Source: Eledone cirrhosa (lineage: Eukaryota). Taken from it: a stretch of DNA of 64,000 bases. A model generated the notes under the pieces. The model saw only the letters and a program-made list of their open reading frames with translations. It was not told where the DNA came from and did no database searches. Below are positions 53,301 to 64,000 of this stretch, in pieces. The translations under genes and the position numbers were made by a program. The stretch lies in NCBI GenBank assembly GCA_964016885.1, contig OZ024740.1, positions 280,240,001 to 280,304,000 on the forward strand. Direction: 5' to 3'. How positions within the stretch are numbered: the first letter of the stretch is position 1; the number at the start of each line of letters is the position of its first letter.

Positions 53301-54539
53301 GGAACCGAATTTCTTGAAATGCCATATTATATTTATTTATTCTTTCAGAGAGCTGTTTATTATTAATTCTACTTGACATATTCTAATGTGTGTTTTCGTT
53401 CTGTTTTATTCTGTTCATTGTTAGGTGCGGTGTGTGTGTTATACTTTTGTAGCTATTCTGTGTTTAGTTGCGTGATTCCATGGTCTTTATCACATTTTTG
53501 GGGTCCCGATTTTTTTTATTTGTGTGTGTTATTATTTTGCTTTATTGCATTATTTGTATCTTGCATGAATAGATCTGTAGTATTCTCACTTTTCTCGAGT
53601 TATCTCTTATTGTATGTGTGGTTATCTTTGTTGTGTTGCTTTCTTTCTATAGCGGAGATTTACGTGTTTTAGAAAAAGTCGTTATTGATGTTTTCATGTT
53701 TGTAACAGGTTGTCTTGCGTGTTTAAATACTTTGTAAAATGTGTATTTTATTTATCAGGCGGCGAATTGGCAGAATCGTTAAAACGTTCAATAGAATACT
53801 TTGCGGCATTCGTTTTATCTCTCTGCTATCGGAGTTCAAATCCTGCTATAGTCAACTTTGATTTTCATCCATTCGAGGTCAATACAAAAAGTACAAGTCT
53901 AGTATTTGGGTCGAGTCTTATCACTCCCATTCTTTCACTCTCTATCCTTCTCTGGAAGAAATCTGCTGTATTTAGACCTGGAGAGGAGATGGGCTGCGCC
54001 TGGTTTAAACATGTCCAATAAACGCCGTGTGTCAATATGGCGCCCTTACGACTCCTTCAGGAGTTAGTGTGTTTACTATAATAAATATTTCTTTACACAT
54101 TTGTCCTTTTCCCGCCATAGCTCATATGTCTCTTTTATAATGTGTGTATGTTTATAATACAGTACTGCTGTGTAGAGTGCATAAAATACTTTAATATAAT
54201 CTTCCTTTGCTTGGTGTTCTTTTTAATTTTGCCTTTCTTTTATACGTATATACTAAGAGCCAAGCCTGTCTGTCAGTTAATGTATTGAATTTCATTTTAT
54301 GGGACACCTTTTGTGGTATGATTGTATTAGGCTCACATTTTAAGACATACCTGCATTTTTTATTGCTGATAGATATATTTCCGCGTTTATAGTTGATCTC
54401 ATTTACGCACATGTATATTGTCTGAAAAAAAAACAAACCTTTATATGAAACACACAAGAGATGTGTAGAATAAAGTTTCAGTTGTATATGTTCTTGGAAA
54501 GCTACGTTTATATCCATGATGTTATTCAGCTTGGAATCT

Positions 54540-54815
54540 TCTTATTCTTCTCCTCCCCCTCGTTGTTGTTGTTGTTGTTGTTCTTTTTTCCGCCTCTTCT
54601 TCTTCTCCCCCCGCCCCTCCTCTTCGTTGTTGCTGTTGTTATTGTTGTTGTTGTTCTTCTTCTTCTCCCCTCCCCTCCCCCACTCTTCTTCTTCCCTCCC
54701 TCCCCATTCTTCTTCTTCTCTTATCCCCTCCTCCACTCTTCTTCTTCTCCTCCTCCCCTCACCCTTCCTACTCCCCCCTCCTCTTCCTTCTTCTTCTTCT
54801 TCTTCTTCTTCTTCT
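54540..54815. repeat. Pyrimidine-rich (TTC/TCC/TTG)n low-complexity tract
   Basis: Direct observation. Confidence 0.9.
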
Positions 54816-55244
54816 CACAAAGTCGTGGTAGAGAGAGTAAAGCACCAGTCCTAGAGTAAAGCAAGGTCGATATCGTCTTTGTCTTTGTCTCTGTTGCGTT
54901 TATTTACATTAGTCACAACACTAGAATGATTTTTTGTGTGCTTCTGTTTTACAAATGTACAGCTGAAGTTTAGAAAAAATACAAACACATGTTTAAAGAG
55001 CATTTTTATTGGTTTATCCATCATACGTCATTTTATTTCTTCATATTTAAAAAGACTAAAATTATTTTGAAAATATAATTTCAAATTTGGAATATTTTAT
55101 TTTCATCACTATTATACCGGTATTGGAATAAGATTAAATTCTTGTGTTTGATACTTAAGACTATAATTCAGCTCCTTCTAAACATCAAATAGTTAACATT
55201 TCATGTTTATCATTGCCTTTTATCACTATTATCTTGTCAATGTA

Positions 55245-56730
55245 AACAATTTGAGAAAATATTTGCTAGTTTGTTTTCAATAAAATTGACCTCATTTAAT
55301 GCCAATGAAAAGCAGGATTGTGAATTATATAATAAAAAGCTGCTTCTTTCAGGAAATATATGCCGAGATCTAAATTACAAATGCAAACGTGTCAGTAGTT
55401 TAGAAGTATAGTTCCATCTATCAGGGAATAGAAACTGTTATTGTATTCTTTAGCAGAGCTGCTAACTTCTTTTCACCTGGTATTTTGTGAATGTGAAATT
55501 ATTATTACAGAAAAGCATATTTACAGAGAATCCAGCTTTTCACTTCTATCAGCTTTCTTAATCTATTTATTGACTTAATTTGATTGATGATATATATTTT
55601 CTCTCTGCAATCTTTTTTTTTGTTGAAATCAATTTAATTTCAAGATTTTATTTTCTTCATGTTTTCTAAGAGTGTTGTAGTTAGATGTTATTTTAAATCA
55701 TTACTGATGTCAAAAGTAATGAATTTCTTTCCCCATTCATGTCTGTTGTTTAATTCAATTAGAATTATTTTACAAATTTTTACATTTGGAAAGGTCTTAA
55801 AATCAATATTTATATTTAATGGATATTTTAGCCCTCATACATATTCATATGAATTCACCCAGAGACCTACAAACATGATGTTTCATTTCTCTGTAATCTC
55901 TACCACCACTAAACCAGAGGGAGTAAGAACAACAATAAGAACCCGGGAAGAGAACCATGGCTGCCACTCCAACTGCATCACTGATGGAGACTACTTCTGT
56001 AGGCAGATTATAAAGAATTCACGGTGATAATCATTTTTTATCTTTATTATGTTTTCAATTTAAATTATTTGAGAAAATATTCGCCAGATTGTTTTCCATA
56101 AATCGGTCTCATTTTCCATTTTGCTTTAAAATCTATGTTGCATATATAAAAATTAAGATAGTGAATTATAGAATGAGAAACAGTTTTTCTCAGGAAATAT
56201 ATATCGAGATGTAAATTGCAAATGCTATGGCGTCAGCAGTTTGGAAGTATATTTTGATTCAATAGAAATTAGTCTTGTATTCTTCAGCAGGTGTGCTAAT
56301 TATTATTTATATGATATTTTGTGAATGACAAATTATTATTGAAACGTTAGCTAGGTGACAACCGATATATTTAGAGAGAATTCGCCTTTTCTCTTTTATC
56401 TACCTTTATTATCTATTTGTTGATTTAATCTGGTTGTTGATATGAAATTTTAGTTTGTGATCTTTTTTGGTGAAATTATTTTAATTTCAAGAAAGGTTTC
56501 TTTCCTTGTTTTCTTAATTTTAAGGTATTTGTAGTTAAATGACAGATTTTTCTTAAGGTTAACTTGATACCATTACTTATGTCAAAGCAAATGAATGTTT
56601 CTCCCAGAACAATTCCTGTTTTCCCATTGATGTTTGTTGTTTTGTGAAGTTAAACATATTTTATATATTTTTTTTTACATTTGGCAAGATGTTAAAATTA
56701 ATCTTATATTTTAAAAATATATTTTAGAAT
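55245..56730. repeat. Old diverged direct duplication (about 55245-55830 versus 56065-56730)
   Basis: Shared blocks tttgagaaaatatt, gtgaattata, tcaggaaatatat, gaagtata, tattttgtgaatg, tttaatttcaaga and tttttacatttgg in the same order. Confidence 0.75.
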
Positions 56731-56796
56731 TCATCCAAAGAAAGGCTACCCTTCTGATTATTCACCAAAACATACCATTAGAGATCTGACTCCCCT

Positions 56797-56895
<99 letters not shown>

Positions 56896-57399
56896 ATGCA
56901 GTGGCCTACGCACATCATAGCTAACTGGCCTCGTGCCATTTCTACCGAGACTGCCAGAACCCACTTGTTTCTACACCTCTCGTCAACATTTTCCGTCCCT
57001 CGTCATCACATTTCTAACCACAATGACTAGCCATTTGGTTCTAGAACCTCGACATTTAAAAAAAAATCCTTCATACTAACATATTTCTTGCAGGCGACGA
57101 TTTAAATTGACCATTGGTTGAAATTTTAAGCATAACCAGAGTGGCAGAAATAGCCTCGTTCTCAGCATTTCAGATACTAAGGGCCGAAAAGATAGAGCTC
57201 CAAAAGGCATGGAGTATCTTTCCCAATTGTAGATCCAACAGAGGCCATATTTTGAAGTGTTGTACAATCGTTTGGCAACAATCACGAAGAAATGTAGGAT
57301 AAAAGGGGTGGAAAATTGTAATGTATTTGCTACACATTAGCCCAAATGTTTACGAGGCGCTTTTTCTTTGGTACTTGGGTCTCGTATTGAAACCAAAAG

Positions 57400-58390
57400 A
57401 TTCAATACAATATTTCTTATTTAATTCTTGCCATCCAAAACATACAAGAATAAACATACAATTTCTCTTCTTTCCACTGTTTAATGAGAAAGGGATGTTT
57501 AGTACAGATGCCCTTTTCAAGAGTATCTGAGACTAGTAACTGGGATATAGAAAAGTTTCTTGAAACCGAAGACATAGCTCGACTGTTACAACACAGTGGT
57601 TACACAGTAGCTAAAAACACGCAAAGGATAGGTGACGTTAAACCAGTTGAAGTTTACGAATTAATTATACAAGAAAAAAGTTGAAATTATGTTTTAAATA
57701 CACGAGATATACGCCTTCAAGAATTCAAGAAACTAACAACGTTAACAGAACATTCCAAAGAGGCTGATATTCAAGAATAATGAACGACAAAAGGCACTTC
57801 AGACACTCTCAATGTAAAAGGAATTAACATTGACGAAAAGAATGACTATTTATTGTAAACAAATACCAAAAAATTACCCATGCAAGAATTTGTTGGCTTC
57901 TAATCCGTATTCCTGTGGAATCGTTATATAACCATTCGTTATATCAAGTCATTTTCTAACGAAATACCGAAACAAATAGAGAAAAAGTAAATCATGCACA
58001 ATAACTTTTTCGACTTGACTGGCAACATTTACTGATAAATATCTGGAATAGCGATAGGAACAAAACCTGTCTTAACTTATGTCAATTTAGTCATAACATC
58101 TTTAAAAGTACAAAATATAATGCATTACAGTACAATCTAGATTAAGATACGGCAAAGATGTCCATAGATATTTATTGAATAACTGAAAACGATACTTGGA
58201 TGATTGGTTTACATGTCTCATTCAACTTAATGGTATTAACAATTTCGTATTCAATTTACAATGGAGCAGACAAAATACAATCAGCTTGTTTGGCTGTTTA
58301 AGCCATTAAAACAGAAACAGATATCTACTTCGAATCAACAGACCCAATACGATATTTGACAATTAGTTCTTGTCACCTAAAATACAAAGT
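57400..58390 (+). mobile_element. Decayed PLE reverse-transcriptase remnants
   Basis: Fragments FNSCHPKHTRINI, ISGIAIGTKPVLTYVNLV, KRYLDDWF, IQFTMEQ and TDIYFESTDPIRYLTISSCH. Confidence 0.7.
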
Positions 58391-58590
58391 AAAATATATA
58401 TTATATATTATATATATCATATATTATACATTATATATATTATATATTATATATAGTTTATATATAATTCATATATACTAGGATTTTTTTCAACACGCTG
58501 ACGAGTATGAGTATATGTGTGTGCGTGTATGTATGTGCATATGCATACATTTATATGTATGAGTATATAAATATAAACGCGCAAACACAG

Positions 58591-58656
<66 letters not shown>

Positions 58657-58746
58657 AAGATCAGAATTAAAGTATTCCGCAGTTAACAGTAATAATAATA
58701 CTAGCTCGAAGAAGAACAGAGAATTTTCATCTGAGCTCAAATACAA

Positions 58747-59434
58747 ATATATTACACAGACAGAAGTGTGTTACACAGTGAGATGTGTGTAAAAAATTAT
58801 TACATGGGAGTTTAACCGTTACTGTATGGAAAACAATACCTACAGGTTAGCAATTAAATAGAAAAAAACTAAATCAGAATCAAATATCTGAAGTAGAGTT
58901 TTAAATTACTAACTTTATAACTATAAGCTTGCTGATACGAATTTAGTTCATTTCACCACAGAAATGTGCGGTATAACAGCCCATAGGATCCTCAGTCAGC
59001 AAGTATGGGTACTGTTCACGACACATCTAGCCTAATGGATAGAGAGAAAGCTAATATACACGCTGCTCAGAGTAGGGCGAAATCACGTGTTATTTGCATC
59101 AAATAACGGCTCTCATGAATTGGGGGAAAAAGCTAGAGAGAGCAGCCCAACCATTGAATTTATTAGCTCAACAATCTGGAGCTCGTTAAATATAAGGATC
59201 CTATGGGCTGTTATACCGCACATTTCTGTGGTGAAACGAACTAAATTCGTATCAGCAAGCTTATAGTTATAAGGTTAGTAATTTAAAACTCTACTTCAGA
59301 GATTTGATTCTGATTTAGTTTTTTTCTATTTAATTGCTAACCTGTAGGTATTGTTCTCCATACAGTAACGGTTAAACTCACATGTAATAATTTTTTACAC
59401 ACATCTCACTGTGTAACACACTTCTCTCTGTGTA

Positions 59435-59439
<5 letters not shown>
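58747..59439. mobile_element. Fold-back element (arms about 58747-58992 and 59195-59439) with degenerate hammerhead
   Basis: CTGTTAT-accgca catttc tgtggt-GAAA-cgaa ctaaa ttcg-TA at 59208-59251; abuts (TA)n. Confidence 0.8.
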
Positions 59440-59465
<26 letters not shown>

Positions 59466-59810
59466 CCAGTAAGACCAGTAAGACCTCTAAATTTAGTCCA
59501 GAATTAGCCGTCGAAACGGCTTGAGCTCAGCTGTCGGGGTCTTACTGGTTCCTATTACCCACTCTACTACCCTAAGTATTGAGTACTTTGGTCCGTTATG
59601 GTCCACCTGGTTCCTTACCACATTTCCTTCGTTATATATATATATATATAGCATATATATATATTATATCTCTCTCTCCCTATATATATATCATGTATAT
59701 TATATATCTATATCTATATCTATCTATCTATTTGTGTGTGTGTGTGTATATATATATATATACGTATATAAAATGATACGAAACAAAAGGAGCTGTGGTT
59801 ACTAGCAACA

Positions 59811-60123
59811 AGGTTTAGGATGGTGGTTAGGACGGAACAAGAGGAGAAAAGAAGAAAGGAGAAAGAATCCTTCGTCAGCTGTAAATATCCACGATTAGAT
59901 GTTTCGGCGCTGAATTACAGGACATCTGTAGCGATCGGGAGCGCCCAAGACCTTTTATTAATCAAAAGACCTTTCTCTCTCCTTTTCTTCCTGGTCTTGG
60001 GCGCTCCCGATCGCTACAGATGTCCTGTAATTCAGCGCCGAAACATCTGATCGTGGATATTTACAGCTGACGAAGTATTCTTTCCCTTTTCTTCTTTTCT
60101 CCTCTTGTTCCGTCCTAAACCTT
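59811..60123. mobile_element. Fold-back element (arms about 59827-59952 and 59993-60118)
   Basis: Reverse-complement arms; ggcgct...agcgcc-GAAA-catctg resembles a hammerhead 3' half. Confidence 0.8.
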
Positions 60124-60391
60124 ATATATATATCAACTCGTGTGTTACTTTCCTACATTCCATATATATATAACGAAGAAATTGTGGTAAGGAACGAGAT
60201 GGACCATAACGCACCAGAGTACTCAATACTTAGGGTAGTAGAGTGGGTAATAGGAAAAAGTATGACCCCGACGGCAGAGCTCAAGCCGTTTCGACGGCTA
60301 TTTCTGAATTACAGTTCAGAAATAGCCCTCGAAACGGCTTGAGCTCTGCCGTCGGGGCCATACTTTTTCCTATATATATATATATATATAT

Positions 60392-60468
<77 letters not shown>

Positions 60469-60973
60469 TTAGCAAAGGGAAGTAAGGTTCTATACAAAAC
60501 AGTGGATATAGAGAAAAGGTGAAGTTGGAAATAGCACGGAAAATATATTTAAGTGTTTGTTTTTCTTTTTTTATCCTTTCTTTGATTCGTCAAAGTGACC
60601 GCCGAGGTTAACTTTGCTTTTCATCCTTACAGGGTCGATAAAATAAAGTACCACTAATGCACTGGGTAATTGCTGGCCTTGTACCAAACGTAGAAACAAT
60701 TATTGAAAAGATGACATTGAAAGAATGAGAGGGACAATTCTTAAAAAAAAAAGGTTTTATAATGTATATAAAGTATATAAAGTATCACCGGTTTCGATGT
60801 ATTATTAAAATTCATCTTATCAAATGTTGAGTATTGAAATAGAAAATTAAAAAGAATTAATAGGAGTTAAAAACTAAAAATTAAATATTTAAAATTAAAA
60901 TCAAGTGTTGGGGTAAGTTATTTTCCCATCTTTCTTGCTCAAAATTTGGCCCTATATATATATATTTGGCCCC

Positions 60974-61135
<162 letters not shown>

Positions 61136-61762
61136 CACACATATACATATATATATATAATATATATAATATATATAATATATATATTGCTATCGGTTTC
61201 GAGGATAAGTATTCCGGTTGTTCGCTCAAGTGAACTAGTTACTCACTGAATTATTGTTTAGGTGGCTGAGTATTCTACAAGAACTTGCACCCTCAAGCAG
61301 CTTCTTTTAGCAATTTTCTAAATTTATAATTTAAGGAGCCAAGACATGTGCCAAATAATTCTGAAGTCAATGTATTTTGTATTTAAAATCTAAACACAAA
61401 GAGACGGTTTTAAAGTTAGTACATGATTGTTATTTTGTATTCAAACTCGAACCAATAAAAAGTTTCACAGTACATCTATACAGCTATATTGAATTTTAAA
61501 CGACAATAATAAAATAACCTGTTATTTTATTGACATATATTTTAAACGAAAAATAAGACTAGAATGAAGCTTTGAGAAGAAAATATGCAGAATACAGACT
61601 GTATGGTTAAGGAGTTTTCGTTGTTATCACATAGTTTCGGGTTCACTCTTCTTAGATGGAAACTTGAGTATGTTTTCTTTTACTACAGCCGCCTAGGGGG
61701 TTGATCAATGCCTTGTGAATGAAATTTGGTAAACGGAAATTACAGAAGCCCACTGTATACTG

Positions 61763-61872
<110 letters not shown>

Positions 61873-62122
61873 TATATATAACCCAACAACCGTCATTCAA
61901 AAAGGAAGATAGAAACGGCCACCAGGAAGAAAAATCTCGGTCTTTTCTCTGAAACCCTCACCCCTTACGATAGTTAATCCGAAAAATTTGGGCATATTAA
62001 ATTGCTGAGGAAAATTTCAGTCATTCTTCCTGTCTTTTATTTTGCTTTCTCTCTCAATTTCCGTCTGACAATCTAACCCACTTGCACTGCACAGCTTTCT
62101 AAACAAATAAATGGACTTTTCA

Positions 62123-62157
<35 letters not shown>

Positions 62158-62161
<4 letters not shown>

Positions 62162-62885
62162 GAAAGACGTAAAATAAGAAAATTATAAAGTAAGTAAGTA
62201 AATTTTTATAATTTTCTTATTTTACGTCTTTCATATAATTGTTCTGCATCCCCTTGCATTGAACCACAAAGTTACTAAGACAAAACCTATATATTTGCAA
62301 GTATAGGTATGCATCTGTATATATATGTTGGTAGATATACTAATTCTTTATAATTATCTCCAAATTATTTTGTTGAGCAAAAATTTGCCAAAAGTACTGC
62401 TATGGTTCATAGTAATAGCCAGGCTACTGTCTTATTAGCACGCTACTCCTCACTGATTGACCTCGATGTCACGTGATTGGTTCTTTTGAATTTGCCACCG
62501 ACCAAGTAGGCAGTGATTTTTTCAATGTCCTGGAATTTAGTCCTCGCTTGCTTTTTTCCATCCATTGAATTATTTTTGTATAAGTTCCCTGTGTCCACGC
62601 ATTGCCTGGGAACTTAGCTGAGAACAGATCTCCCTGATGACCAAAGGAAATTTCTCCATGTTGTTCCAATCGGAAACCATGTTTATTCCCTTTCAGAAAC
62701 TAATTAGTTGGAGTGAAATTTTAGTAAGTAAGTAAATTTTTATAATTTTCTTATTTTACGTCTTTCATATAATTGTTCTGCATCCCCTTGCATTGAACCA
62801 CAAAGTTACTAAGACAAAACCTATATATTTGCTAGCATAGGTATGTATCTGTATATATATGTTGGTAGATATACTAATTCTTTAT
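62158..62885 (+). mobile_element. Partial-tandem (about 530-bp period) element with short inverted head and degenerate hammerhead, in (TA)n
   Basis: 62158-62189 inverts 62204-62236; 62189-62352 repeats at 62722-62885; CTGATGA at 62634 and GAAAccatg at 62673. Confidence 0.75.
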
Positions 62886-63127
62886 ATATATATATATATA
62901 TATGTTTGTATATATATAGGGGATGTGTAAGAAAAAAATGTCGTTATGATTTTTACTTAAACATCCCATATATTATTAAATATACAGTACGTGCATTCAT
63001 ATGTATGTCGCTATGTCGGAGCACCAATACAAGTATATCAGCGACTTTTAGACACAGTCGACTAATGAAACAATTGTTAATACTTTAAATAAATCCTATT
63101 GTACAGCCGAACATGTTATTCTTCATT

Positions 63128-63212
<85 letters not shown>

Positions 63213-63216
<4 letters not shown>

Positions 63217-64000
63217 GATAAGTTTGAGCTAATCTACTTTGGAAAAAAGGATGCCCTGAAACTACCATACTCTTTTCCTTCAGGTGATCCAACAACATCA
63301 GAGACCTGGGAGTAATTGTGGACAACAACATAAGCTGGGCCACTCATATAAACAGCAAAGTTGATATGGCCCGCAGAATGTGTTCCTGGATTCTCAGAAC
63401 CTTCCAGTCGAGAGATATCCACACTGTTATCCTTCTCTTCTCCACCTTTACCCGACCCCACCTTGAATACTATTGTCCATTGTGGTCTCCCCACACGAAT
63501 TTATGAAAGTTGAAGCACCCCAAAGATCAATTACAAACAAGATAGATGGCATAACAGGCCTTGACTATTGGAGTCGATTAGAAAAGCTCAACCTTTATTC
63601 TCTCCAACGTCTCCGTGAGTGCTACATTATCTGCATGATGTGGAAAATATTCCATTAGCTTTTCCCAAATGATGTTGGCATCATCTTTAATGTACACCCA
63701 AGGCTTGGGCCCCGTGCTATCTGCCCACGACAAAAATCTCACTCGCATCTCATAACAACAATACGGCACAATTATTTCACTTTAATTGGCCTCGCTCTCT
63801 TTAACATTACACCAAAACACATTAAAATAGTAACAGACCCCATCAAGTTCAAGAAGTCTTTGGACAAATTCCTTCAAGAAATCCCGGATAAGCCTCCTAC
63901 ACCCTGATATGCCTCGGTAAACAATAACTCTCTACTTGAATGGGCCATGGTGCCCAAATCCTGATTTGAAAGTCTTTGCCAGGTGGTGCTATTAAGTTAG
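63213..64000 (+). mobile_element. 5'-truncated CR1-clade LINE
   Basis: RDLGVIVDNNISWATHI...ILRTF...RPHLEYYCPLWSPH and LDYWSRLEKLNLYSLQR. Confidence 0.88.

Overview
AT-rich, repeat-saturated animal genomic DNA. The SINE families and microsatellite load suggest an octopod cephalopod (inference). No host protein-coding gene can be supported; nearly all listed ORFs are microsatellite translations or transposon debris. The window contains a near full-length but disrupted Penelope-like retroelement (PLE; RT plus C-terminal GIY-YIG, inverted pseudo-LTRs, 5753-9353), further PLE remnants, Dong/R4, RTE, Tx1/L1-like and CR1 LINE fragments, non-autonomous Helitrons, many tRNA-derived SINEs and a SINE-derived tandem array. 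The main unexplained signal is a set of about a dozen or more sequence-unrelated, short, non-coding elements sitting in (TA)n tracts. They share one architecture: fold-back (inverted) and/or partial-tandem structure plus a type I hammerhead ribozyme core (stem I - CUGANGA - stem II - GAAA - stem III - NUH - stem I'). Several copies fold back inside the ribozyme's stem II. This looks like a (TA)n-targeting, PLE-mobilised, retrozyme-like system. All structure assignments are by eye and untested.
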